31,849 nucleotides of DNA from Candidatus Eiseniibacteriota bacterium (GCA_031370785.1 JANMQY010000098.1:1-31849); one strand, 5' to 3'. Counted from the stretch's first letter, positions 9,572-18,773 are shown. Notes: generated by a model not told the origin, from the letters alone. Numbers and translations: made by a program.

Positions 9572-10636
9572 CTACTGCCGCACCCGTAGGTCACTCACCG
9601 GCGCTGGCGGAGTCGTGTCCGACACCGTGGATTGCCTGGCCTGAGCAGAGTTTGGATCGATCATCAGGGAGGATTCGTCCACGGCTTCGAACTGATTCGA
9701 AGGAACCGTAGAAAGCTCCCGAATCATATTCGTGTCCCAGCCCGGGTCGGCAGTCCCCACCAGTTCCCAGTCGAGGCCGACGTCCGCCAGGATCATCCCG
9801 TAGTGCTTGATCGCCAGGAGCACGACCTGCGTGTTCGGGCTGAATCCCGAGATGTCGTAGCTCGCCTTGAGCCGGAAGCGCGCACCCATCGGCGGCGCAT
9901 TGGGGTTGGGCGTTTGTGTGTCATGGCGCGCAGGCCATAGGTGCGCGCCGGTAGTCCCGTTGATGTGTGCCTCGGTCGCCTCGAACCGCAGAGCGTGCCG
10001 GATCGCGCCCGCTTGCACTTCGTCCCAACGCGCGAGCCCGCAGAACATTGCTAGCCCCGCTTCGTCAGCCGAAGAGCGGCCGTCTGCCCTGAGTGTGTTC
10101 GAGCGGAGGTTCCAGATCACCGCCGCGTGCGCCTGAGGAGTTCCGTTGTTCCAGTCGGCCAGATACATTTCGTAGAGCGTGCAGGTCATTGTGTCGATCA
10201 TGAACGCATGCTTGTCGGATGTGGCGATCTCGAGTGGCGTACCGGCGGTGAACGGATATGGGCCGGGCACGTCGCTATCCAACTGGCTCTGCCCGACGAT
10301 CGTGATGGGCACCTTGGGCGTCGAGGTGTCGGTCAACGCGTACTGCATCCCGAACGTATTGGGGTAGAAGCCGATCCACAAGTGGTTGGCGTTCGTCGGC
10401 GGCCCGCTGACCGTCGCCACCCACGTCGCGCTCATCGGGTGGACCGGCACATTTGAGATGTCCGTGTTCCAGATGTTGTCCGACGGAAAGATCGGACAGC
10501 GCGGCGGCGGCGCGGTCCAGTCGGCGGCTGCGGTGATGCTAGAGGCGATCGGCCTGGGATCGCCCGCTGCGAACGCAGGGCTGATCGGGCCCAACGCCAG
10601 AAGCATGACCAGGCTGCCGAATTTGCGCGGTGCCAT
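9572..10636 (-). CDS. Secreted hypothetical protein ending in an orphan FN3 A-strand-like motif
   Basis: ATG 10636 with GAGG RBS, signal peptide ending AFA-A, globular body (FPSDNIWNTDIS, SSADEAGL, IRHALRF, PPMGARFRL, KHYGMILAD), C-terminus DTTPPAPVSDLRVRQ. Confidence 0.85.
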   Translation of the reverse strand: MAPRKFGSLVMLLALGPISPAFAAGDPRPIASSITAAADWTAPPPRCPIFPSDNIWNTDISNVPVHPMSATWVATVSGPPTNANHLWIGFYPNTFGMQYALTDTSTPKVPITIVGQSQLDSDVPGPYPFTAGTPLEIATSDKHAFMIDTMTCTLYEMYLADWNNGTPQAHAAVIWNLRSNTLRADGRSSADEAGLAMFCGLARWDEVQAGAIRHALRFEATEAHINGTTGAHLWPARHDTQTPNPNAPPMGARFRLKASYDISGFSPNTQVVLLAIKHYGMILADVGLDWELVGTADPGWDTNMIRELSTVPSNQFEAVDESSLMIDPNSAQARQSTVSDTTPPAPVSDLRVRQ

Positions 10637-10774
10637 GATACCTCGTTCCTGCCCCGGGATCGGTCGCAGGCCGCAAACCACGGCCTGCCCCGATGGGGCC
10701 CTACCTCTACCAGGGCGGTCGGGGTCCGGAAATACCCATCGGAAATGCCGGATTGCGGAGGGCCCGCGTACCCT

Positions 10775-10790
10775 AGCAGGAGGAATGCCA
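10775..10790 (-). promoter_or_regulatory. Candidate sigma54 -24/-12 promoter
   Basis: Minus strand TGGCATTCCTCCTGCT has GG-N10-GC spacing (consensus TGGCAC-N5-TTGCW), about 140 bp upstream of ATG 10636. Confidence 0.5.
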
Positions 10791-10980
10791 GCCTGACGCT
10801 CATGTGGGCGGAGCCAAGCTGGTGCAGGACGGGCTGTTGCCGTCTGCCACATGGACCGGTAGGGAGGGGGCCTGCTCGACCCACCGTTGGCGCAACGAGG
10901 CGAGCAGTGAAATGCAATGGGCTCAGATGGAAAGCGGATCTACCCCGCCGGGATCGTGCTGGTTGAGATCTCGAATCGGT

Positions 10981-13900
10981 TCATCGAAGTACGACAAACC
11001 GCCCGGTCCTTACGCCCTCCAGCGCATCGATGCGGTAGAAGTAGATCCCCGGGCCCATCGACTCACCGCCGGCATTCGCGGTGATCGTCAGCTGGTGCAC
11101 GCCGGCCGGAGCATCCATCTCGTCTATTAACTGGCGAACGCGTCGCCCCGCCAGATCGACGACATCGACTCGCAGAACCCCTGGTCGCGAGGTTGCGAAG
11201 CGGAGCGTCGCTTCCGAGCGGAACGGGTTCTGAGAAATTCGAGGCTCGAGCGGCCGAAGGGCCAGGATCTCGCTACTCGCTGACGGTGCCGGACCGCTGA
11301 TCGCCGGTGCGGCCGCCCCGGTCACGTTGCGGATCGAGAGGTTGTCCGTGAGGAAGACCTCTCCAGCAATCACCGGGTAGTCCTTGACGTTGAAATCCAG
11401 CGTCGAGTTGGAGGCCAGGGTAACGTAGTCCACCGTGACCATCTGCCAGGTCGGCGACAGCCGCACACCGGTGGAGAGGACCGACCCCAGGAGCGCGCTG
11501 GTGGCGATCGAGTACTCCTTGACCGAAATCTTGGCCGTGCCGGTGCTGCTCGCGGACCTGATCCAAGCGGTGAAGCGGTATCGGGACCCCGCGGCAGGCG
11601 TGGGGCCGACCCAGTCGGAATGGTCGTTGATACCGAAGCTGGAGGTGCTGGTCCCGGTCGCGCTCATCTGCGCCGCGTAGGAGCCGTCGAACCCGCCCGG
11701 GACGCGCGCCAGTACGCACGAGGCAAAGGCGTTCCAGCGAACGAGGTCGGCCTCGAACGATGGATTGCCGACCAAGTTGGCCTGGAGCGGAACCGCGGCC
11801 ACGATGAGCGACACCGAGCTCGAACGCGTCCCGCCATCGTTGTCAGTCACGGTGACTGTCGCGGTCCAATTGCCCGCGGCGTAGGTGTGTGAGGCGGTCG
11901 GCAATGTTTGCGTATTTGGGAGTGTCCCGTCCCCAAAGTCGAACCGATAGGAGACAATGGTGCCGTCGGCATCGCTCGAAGCCGAGGCGTTCGCGGCGAC
12001 AGCGAGCGGCGCATTGCCGGTACTCGGCGTCATCACCAGCGAAGCCGTGGGAAGCTGATTGGAGGCTGTCACGGTGATCCCCGTGTTCGCCGATCCGGAG
12101 AGCGCGTTCGAGGCCGTGAACGTCGCGGTGTAGGAGCCCACCTGGTTGCTGGCAGGCGTCCAGTTCAGCGTCCCGCTGTTGTTCCCCGCGCCCGGAGTGA
12201 AGGTGGCGCCCGCCGGCAGCCCGGCGGCGGTGAGCGACGTGATCGCATTGGAGTCCGGGTCCGCGGCCGTCACGTTCACGACGATCGGGAGTCCCGCTTT
12301 ACCGGCCGCCGTGGCGGGGGCCGAAACAGCGGGCGCGCGGTCCACGTTGGTCACTGTGATCGCCGTCGTCGCCGTGCCCGAAATGACGTTCGAGGCCCTG
12401 AAGGTCACCGTGTAGTTGCCTGCCTGCGTGTAACCCGGCGTCCAGTTGAGCGTCCCGGTGGTGTCCCCCGGACCCGTCGAGAACGTCGCGCCGGGCGGCA
12501 GACCGCTGGCCGTCAGCGAGGTGATCGCATCCCCCTCCGGATCCGTGGCAGTCACGTTCACGGTGAGCGGGCTGTTCTCGGCCACCGTGGCCGTCGCCGG
12601 CGCCGTCACGATCGGCGCACCGTCCGGCTTGGTGACCGTAATCGTCGTGGTGGCGGACGTGCTAAGGGCGTTCGCGGCGGTGAAGGTCACCTGGTATGAG
12701 GAGTCGGCAGCGCTCGCGGCCGGGGTCCAGGTGAGCGTTCCGCTCCTATTGTCGGGGCTTGCCGTGAAGGTCGCTCCCGCCGGAAGCCCGGAGAGATCTG
12801 CCGTAAGGGATGCGATCGACTCTCCGTCCGGGTCGATAGCTGTCACGTTCACCGTCAGCGAGCTCAGGGCCCGCCCACTCACTGTGGGCGGCGCCGTGAC
12901 CACCGGCGGGTGCGGGGCGTCGAAGACTGAGATCACGGTCGGCGCGGAGCCAGAGAGCACATTCGCGGCCGTGAAGGTCACGCTATAAGAGCCCGCCTGG
13001 CCTTCCGCGGGGGCCCAGCTGAGCGTCCCGGTCGTATCCCCCGGATCCGCTGTGAAGGTGGCTCCAGCTGGGAGCACGGCGGCCGTGAACGAGGCGATCC
13101 CTTCCTGGTCCGGATCGGAAGCCTTGACGCTCACGGTCAGGATCTTTCCGATCACTATGCCGGCAGTCGCGGGCGCCGTCACGACGGGCGCGCGGTCCAC
13201 ATTAGTGATGGTGAAGGCGGTGGCCGCGGACGCCGACAGGGCATTCGAGGCCATGAAGGACACCGTGTACGAGCCCGCTTGGTCGTAGCCTGGCGTCCAT
13301 GCAAGCGTCCCGCTGCTGTTCCCCGGACCTGCGGAGAACGTGGCCCCCGACGGCAAACCAGAGGCCGTCAGCGATGTGATCGCTTCTCCGTCCGGATCGG
13401 AGGCCTGCACATTGACCGTCAGCGGGCTGTTCTCGGGCCCGGTGGCGGCCGGAGAGGCAGTGATCACTGGCGCGCGGTCCACGTTGGTCACCGTAATCGC
13501 CGTACTTGACGTGGCCGAGCGCGCGTTCGTGGCCCTGAACGTGACCGTGTACGGGCCGGCTTGGTCGAAACTCGGCGTCCAGCTCATCCGGCCCGTGGTG
13601 TTGCCGGAACCGGGCACGAAGGTCGCGCCCGCCGGTAGCCCCGAAACCGTAAGCGAGTCGATTGCGGGGCTGTCAGGGTCCGAGACCGTCACGTCCACGG
13701 TCAGCAGGTTGTTCTCAGCCACCGTGGCTGTCGCCGGCGCCGTCACGACGGGCGACTGATCGCCGATGATGAGCTGATCCATGACGCTACCCTGACTGCA
13801 GGTCACGTCATTGATGTTGGCCGTGCTGTCGCCCGGCGGCCCACAGAACGCCACGATCTCGATCGAGGAAGACGTGAAGTGTAGCTGGACCGCCACATGA

Positions 13901-16900
13901 TGCATGGCGCGGAACGCTGACCACGCGGGCGGCGGGCACCCCCCCGACCACAGGCAGGAACTACCCGTAGCCTCTTCCAAGTTCGCTCCGCCCGGCCCGA
14001 CCGTGACGTGAACCACGCCGTTCTGGGGATACGAGCGCTCATAGTTATGGCTGTGCCCGTTGAGGTTCAGCTTGTATTTGTCGTGGGTGGCGCCCAGGCT
14101 GTCCATATAGGCGCGCAATTCCGCATTGCCCGGGTGAAATCCGCTGGAGTAGGCCGGACGATGCCCGAAGGTGACGATGAACTTGATGGCCGGATCGAGT
14201 TGCGCCTGGTCCATCAGCACGGCCGCTCGGTCGCGCCAGTCGAGCCAGGCTCCCGTAGACTTCTCAGGGTAGGTGATGAATCTCACGTTGCCGTAGTCGA
14301 ACCAGTACCAGTCCTCGCCGACGGCGATGGGCGGCACCCCGGGTGAGGTCTGCGGATTGGGAAAGTCGAACCGACCCTTGTAGTTCCTGAGGTCATCTCC
14401 CGGGGACTCCCATTCGTGGTTGCCCCACACCGGCATATAGGCAGCGTCCTGCGACCAGGCCATCACGTCGTTGTAGTGCCGATCCACGGCGGTCTGATCC
14501 GAGGTGTTGGCGTAGGTCATGTCACCTGCGACCAGCGTGAATGCCGGCCTTCCCGCCGCGATCATGGACTGGATAGCCCCCATGCGGGGAGCCAGCGTCG
14601 CGTCGCTGACGTCGGCCTCGGTGAAGACGACGAAATCCGAGGATCCGCGTGTGGGCGGAGTGTGGAAGGTGTGGTCCGGCCCTCCGCCGATCGAGTAGTG
14701 GTAAGTCGTGTTCTCAAGCAGCCCGGTGAGCTTCGCCTCCCAGAACGGCCCCGGCGACGAATACGGAATCGGGCTCGGCGTGACTCCCGTTGCGCTCTGG
14801 CCATAGCTGCTGGTCAGACCGTAACGAATCGTGGCGTCGAAGCCGCGCCAATCGAAGGTCACCGAAGTCTGACCGGTGAGCGTCCAGTGGATCTCGTCCG
14901 GCAGCTGCCCGGTCGGGGCTGGCTGGACCGTGATGACCCGCGTGCCGGGCGTCGGGTCTGGCTTCCCAAAGCCATCCGTAACGGTCAGCGAAACGGTGTA
15001 GGTCCCGGGGGTGTTGAAGATCACCGGACCCGGGTCCTCTGCCGTCTGGTTCGCCGCTCCCCCGCCCAGGTTCCACAGGTAGGTAAGCGGACCGCTGGCG
15101 TCGGGATCGATTCCCGTGCCTTCGAAATTGACGGCCTGGCCCGCGGCGATCGTGGTGTTGGCGAGCGGCAGGTCGATCACGCCATTCGGCGCAATGTTGC
15201 CGCCGGACACCGTGATCGGGGCCGAGGCTGTCCCCGTCAGGCCGGTGTTGTCGGTGACGACCACGGTGGCGGTCCAGTTGCCCGAATCGTAGGTATGTGA
15301 GGCCGTCGGCTGCGACTGCGGGCCGACGACAGTCCCGTCACCGAAATCAAACCGGTACGAGGCGATCAGGCCTTCCAGATCGGATGAGCCCGACGCATCC
15401 GCAACTACGGGCAGGGGCGCCTGGCCGGTCGAGGGCGTCAGTGTCAGGACGGCCGTGGGAGGACGATTGTATGCGAATTCGAACGCGCCCAGGTCGGCGT
15501 ATGGCACGGGCCCCCGGCCGGTGTTGGGCGTGGCCGGATCGTCGCCTCGGGCGTGGCCTTCGGCATCGGTCGCCGGCCAGTTGGGCACACCCGAGTCGGC
15601 GGCGTCGATGGCCGGGGAGCCCGCCAGGAGATGGAAGTCCCCCGCCGCCGGGTTCCCGAATCGGGGGTCGGCCTGGATCGAGTTCACATCGTGCCCGGTC
15701 GCCGCGCTGAAGGCCGCGATCGTCGAATAGAGCGTGCTGATGAACTTGATGGGCTTTTGGGTTGTGGAGTTCCAGAAGATGTTGCGATCCGACACGAACC
15801 CCACCGAGGACGAATCGTTCACCCACAGGTTGACCTCGTTAGTCGTCAGCCCGTTGTCGATCGCGATGCAATCGAAGAGGGACCCGTTCGGGGCCTGACC
15901 TTCGATCGAGAACCCGTCCTTGAAGTTGTGGTAGGCGACGTCCCCGACATGCGAGACGCCGGCGGCGTACAGCTGGTCAAAGCCGTGATCACCGTTGTTC
16001 CAGCTCATGTTCTGGATCGAGACGCAGTTGTCCGATCCCTGTTCGATCTGGATCCCCGAGTCCTGGTTGTCGTGAATGCGGTTGCGCTGGATCAAGTTCC
16101 CCGGCGATCCGTAGACGCGAATCCCCACCGCCCTTCGCGAGGGCGGGTAGATGTTGCGCATGGACTCGTTGTCCTGGACCGTGCAGCCCGTCGAGCCGGT
16201 CGAGCTGCTCTTGGTGAGAAAGATGCCGTTGTCCGAGTTGTCGGACGCCACGTTCTTCTCGATCAGGACTCCGGTGCAGCCGGTCACATAAATTCCGTAC
16301 CTATAGTTCCAGGTGCAGGTGTTGTTTCGGATAATGTTGTAGTTACTCGCCGTGTTGAGGTAGATCGCGCGATCCTCGGCGCGCGTCACCGTGAACCCGT
16401 CGATCGTCACGTAGGAGCGTCCACCGAGGTAGATCCCGCGGGTCCGATGCCCCACCATGATCGTGCGCGTGCCGGGATTCGGGCCCCCGATGTTGACGTA
16501 CAGGCCCTGCCCGTTGACCCGGACGAAGGAGTTGACCGGGAGCGATCCCGGCGACGCGGTGGAGGACTTGAGCCGCACTCCATCCACGAACACTTGCATC
16601 GGGCCCCAGCTCACGCTCGAGGCCCGGTACACGTTTCCGGAATAGAGACTCCAGAGCGAGGTGGACGAGAAATCATCCGAGCCGTCTACGATCACCGACC
16701 CGCCCAGCGCCTTGATGGTGTAGGGATTTCCCGCCACACCCGAGGTCGCTACCGTGACCGACTCGCGATAGATGCCCGGCTTCACGTAGACGGTGACGCC
16801 GGGACCTTTGTTCGCGCCGACGGCCGCCGAGATGGTGCAGTAGGGCTGCGCCTCGGTTCCGGGGCCGACGTCAGAGCAGGCCGTGCTCGAGTTATCGACG

Positions 16901-17016
16901 TAGACGATCACCGCCGCGGCATACGCCGCGGGCGCCGCGAGGAGCGGGATGGCAACGGCGACGCCTGTGGACAGGGCCCTCCACAGCGAGCAGTGGAGCG
17001 CCATCATGCGTGACAT
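10981..17016 (-). CDS. Giant secreted multidomain protein: parallel beta-helix, two PKD, PAP-like metallophosphoesterase, six Ig/cadherin-like repeats, PKD, CBM4/9-like domain, T9SS-A/FlgD-like C-terminal domain
   Basis: Signal peptide ending AYA-A; Asn-ladder repeats and GDFHLLAGSPAIDA; PKD motifs YRFDFGDG; GDMTY, GNHE and GHSHNYER; six P.VTAP...DPD...LP.GATF...WTP repeats; NLVGNPSFE; DLAGRRVR...PGIYFYRI. Start uncertain between 17004 and 17061. Confidence 0.88.
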   Translation of the reverse strand: MSRMMALHCSLWRALSTGVAVAIPLLAAPAAYAAAVIVYVDNSSTACSDVGPGTEAQPYCTISAAVGANKGPGVTVYVKPGIYRESVTVATSGVAGNPYTIKALGGSVIVDGSDDFSSTSLWSLYSGNVYRASSVSWGPMQVFVDGVRLKSSTASPGSLPVNSFVRVNGQGLYVNIGGPNPGTRTIMVGHRTRGIYLGGRSYVTIDGFTVTRAEDRAIYLNTASNYNIIRNNTCTWNYRYGIYVTGCTGVLIEKNVASDNSDNGIFLTKSSSTGSTGCTVQDNESMRNIYPPSRRAVGIRVYGSPGNLIQRNRIHDNQDSGIQIEQGSDNCVSIQNMSWNNGDHGFDQLYAAGVSHVGDVAYHNFKDGFSIEGQAPNGSLFDCIAIDNGLTTNEVNLWVNDSSSVGFVSDRNIFWNSTTQKPIKFISTLYSTIAAFSAATGHDVNSIQADPRFGNPAAGDFHLLAGSPAIDAADSGVPNWPATDAEGHARGDDPATPNTGRGPVPYADLGAFEFAYNRPPTAVLTLTPSTGQAPLPVVADASGSSDLEGLIASYRFDFGDGTVVGPQSQPTASHTYDSGNWTATVVVTDNTGLTGTASAPITVSGGNIAPNGVIDLPLANTTIAAGQAVNFEGTGIDPDASGPLTYLWNLGGGAANQTAEDPGPVIFNTPGTYTVSLTVTDGFGKPDPTPGTRVITVQPAPTGQLPDEIHWTLTGQTSVTFDWRGFDATIRYGLTSSYGQSATGVTPSPIPYSSPGPFWEAKLTGLLENTTYHYSIGGGPDHTFHTPPTRGSSDFVVFTEADVSDATLAPRMGAIQSMIAAGRPAFTLVAGDMTYANTSDQTAVDRHYNDVMAWSQDAAYMPVWGNHEWESPGDDLRNYKGRFDFPNPQTSPGVPPIAVGEDWYWFDYGNVRFITYPEKSTGAWLDWRDRAAVLMDQAQLDPAIKFIVTFGHRPAYSSGFHPGNAELRAYMDSLGATHDKYKLNLNGHSHNYERSYPQNGVVHVTVGPGGANLEEATGSSCLWSGGCPPPAWSAFRAMHHVAVQLHFTSSSIEIVAFCGPPGDSTANINDVTCSQGSVMDQLIIGDQSPVVTAPATATVAENNLLTVDVTVSDPDSPAIDSLTVSGLPAGATFVPGSGNTTGRMSWTPSFDQAGPYTVTFRATNARSATSSTAITVTNVDRAPVITASPAATGPENSPLTVNVQASDPDGEAITSLTASGLPSGATFSAGPGNSSGTLAWTPGYDQAGSYTVSFMASNALSASAATAFTITNVDRAPVVTAPATAGIVIGKILTVSVKASDPDQEGIASFTAAVLPAGATFTADPGDTTGTLSWAPAEGQAGSYSVTFTAANVLSGSAPTVISVFDAPHPPVVTAPPTVSGRALSSLTVNVTAIDPDGESIASLTADLSGLPAGATFTASPDNRSGTLTWTPAASAADSSYQVTFTAANALSTSATTTITVTKPDGAPIVTAPATATVAENSPLTVNVTATDPEGDAITSLTASGLPPGATFSTGPGDTTGTLNWTPGYTQAGNYTVTFRASNVISGTATTAITVTNVDRAPAVSAPATAAGKAGLPIVVNVTAADPDSNAITSLTAAGLPAGATFTPGAGNNSGTLNWTPASNQVGSYTATFTASNALSGSANTGITVTASNQLPTASLVMTPSTGNAPLAVAANASASSDADGTIVSYRFDFGDGTLPNTQTLPTASHTYAAGNWTATVTVTDNDGGTRSSSVSLIVAAVPLQANLVGNPSFEADLVRWNAFASCVLARVPGGFDGSYAAQMSATGTSTSSFGINDHSDWVGPTPAAGSRYRFTAWIRSASSTGTAKISVKEYSIATSALLGSVLSTGVRLSPTWQMVTVDYVTLASNSTLDFNVKDYPVIAGEVFLTDNLSIRNVTGAAAPAISGPAPSASSEILALRPLEPRISQNPFRSEATLRFATSRPGVLRVDVVDLAGRRVRQLIDEMDAPAGVHQLTITANAGGESMGPGIYFYRIDALEGVRTGRFVVLR
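12062..13762 (-). repeat. Six tandem ~94 aa Ig/cadherin-like repeats
   Basis: Repeats begin DQSPVV, DRAPVI, DRAPVV, PHPPVV, DGAPIV and DRAPAV; boundaries approximate. Confidence 0.85.
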
Positions 17017-17221
17017 GCGACGAAGCCGACTCACCTTGGTCCTACGGATGTGCACGCACAATGCAGGCCGCGAGGCCTGTCCCTGTTGGCAACGGGTCGC
17101 CGGTTACGGGGTATCCTGGGCGCTGGCGTGAACGGCGATGCGAAGGGGGGTTGCGGCCCGATCAAGCAGATATATCAACTGCGCCTAGGTGCTACGTTCA
17201 TTTCAAACCAACTTCGTTACT

Positions 17222-17251
17222 ATCCTAAACCAATTCAACGCCGGATTTCAA
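17222..17251 (-). promoter_or_regulatory. Candidate sigma70-type promoter for the giant gene
   Basis: Minus strand TTGAAA-N18-TAGGAT in an AT-rich intergenic patch, overlapping the stop codon of the RtcB-like gene. Confidence 0.4.
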
Positions 17252-18654
17252 CCGTTTTTTAAGTTGCCTAGCGGCCGCAGCCTGATCACGGGTCGCATCA
17301 TGCTGTTCCTCATCAGGCATTGCATTACCCGATCGAGCCTTTCCGAGGACCGCAGTTCTATATCGTTACGCGACAATAACCTGGCACCGCGCCCCCGACT
17401 CATCCGGAAGCGTGTGACCTGGCCCTCCGCCCGTGCCAGATGTCCTCGCTTCCTGGAACTCTCGATCAGGTGCCCGGCCCCGTGGTCGTAGGAGCGTAAT
17501 CGGGCATCCACGCCGGGTTCACCGATGCCGAGATAGGATGGGACGTCATACATTCCCGCGACGATCGTGGGCTTGCCGGATTCGAGGCGACACGCATTAT
17601 GCCGGGCCACCCAGGAAGTGCCCGCAGGAGAAACACATTCCTCGATGCCGTTGTGGCTCACATCGCAGAACAGCTCCCATGCGAGGCTGGGAGAAACCGC
17701 GCCGTGCAGGCCATCCACGATCGCACGTACGGTTGCGAGTCGGTACGCATAGCCAAAGTTGATGGCCATCGCGAACGCCTGGCGAAGCAACCGACCCTCC
17801 TCCGACTCGGCGGGCACGGCCGTCCAGCCATTGCGGCGGAAGTGGAGCGCCCATTTCCTCGAGGCGGCGCCCTTTCCCATCCTCTGGAGATAGTGGAACA
17901 GGAGCTTGGATGCGAAGAACAGGGGAACTCGTGCGCGCTGGAGCTTGCTCCTGCGCGAGTAGTGGTTCAGCAGCGTCGCGCTGAAGGGCCCGGGGCCAAG
18001 GTGGTACATGATCACCACCTGCCCGCGCTCGAAACCCCAGTGCGCTGCCACCTCTCGGTCCACGAGCTCTTCGACGACCTGCACCTCGAGAAAATGGTTG
18101 CCGCCGAAGTTGAGTCCCATTTCCGACCGAGTAAACGTCGTGAGGAGCAACTGAAGCGGGACCACGTCCGTCAGGGGCGAGCTCTCGAGGCCGTTCGACG
18201 GCACACGTCCGCCATCCTCCATCCCCTGCAGCACCTTCTCGTCGAGCTCGTATCGCGAGAGCAGCGCCTGCGCTCCCTCGGAGAGAGTCCGCCGCAGCTC
18301 GCTGGCCGAAATGCTGTAACGGTTGGTATCGAAGTGGTTGGTCGCCGAGTTCGCATTGACGCTGGTGAAGAATGCGGCCAGCCGTTCGGGCGACATCTCG
18401 TCGGCCCGCAGGCCGGTCCTCACGATCCCCATGCCGTCGTTCACGTCCATCGAGGTGAACTCCGGAACGATCATGCCCCGGGTGGTGATGGCGATGCTCG
18501 ATGGCACCTCCATGTCCGCTTTCCAATGCACGTCGGGGAGCGCCAGGACGGACTCGACGTAGGGCAACCCCGCAAGTTGCTCCAACGTCCGACGGATCGG
18601 CGCCGGGAGTTCCTCACCGATGGAAAGCAACGTCAGTTTTTCCGAAGAATCCAT
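17248..18654 (-). CDS. Divergent RtcB-family (RNA ligase fold) protein
   Basis: RtcB motifs in canonical order: LPDVH, DVNDG (canonical DIxCG), GGNHFLEVQ, YHLGPG (canonical HSGSRG), DVSHN, HGAG, LRPLGNLK. RBS GGAAGGAG. Confidence 0.85.
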   Translation of the reverse strand: MDSSEKLTLLSIGEELPAPIRRTLEQLAGLPYVESVLALPDVHWKADMEVPSSIAITTRGMIVPEFTSMDVNDGMGIVRTGLRADEMSPERLAAFFTSVNANSATNHFDTNRYSISASELRRTLSEGAQALLSRYELDEKVLQGMEDGGRVPSNGLESSPLTDVVPLQLLLTTFTRSEMGLNFGGNHFLEVQVVEELVDREVAAHWGFERGQVVIMYHLGPGPFSATLLNHYSRRSKLQRARVPLFFASKLLFHYLQRMGKGAASRKWALHFRRNGWTAVPAESEEGRLLRQAFAMAINFGYAYRLATVRAIVDGLHGAVSPSLAWELFCDVSHNGIEECVSPAGTSWVARHNACRLESGKPTIVAGMYDVPSYLGIGEPGVDARLRSYDHGAGHLIESSRKRGHLARAEGQVTRFRMSRGRGARLLSRNDIELRSSERLDRVMQCLMRNSMMRPVIRLRPLGNLKNG

Positions 18655-18773
18655 GATCTCCTTCCGAGCCCGGGTGACGCAGTCTATGCCGCGCGCGTGT
18701 TGCCGCAGCGATCGTACATACTTCTCGAATCTGCCGGTTCACGCCAGCGAACGACCCCAGGGACCGGCCACCG

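Noticed and set aside
12062..13762. CRISPR-like or mobile repeat array
   Set aside because: Repeats are degenerate, in-frame protein domains; no spacers, cas or transposase genes.
17248..18654. Canonical Rtc RNA-repair operon
   Set aside because: No rtcA, rtcR, archease, Ro60 or tRNA-like partner nearby, and key motifs deviate.
18655..18773. Glycosyltransferase remnant between wzx and the RtcB-like gene
   Set aside because: Translation of the three minus-strand frames gives no convincing GT motif.
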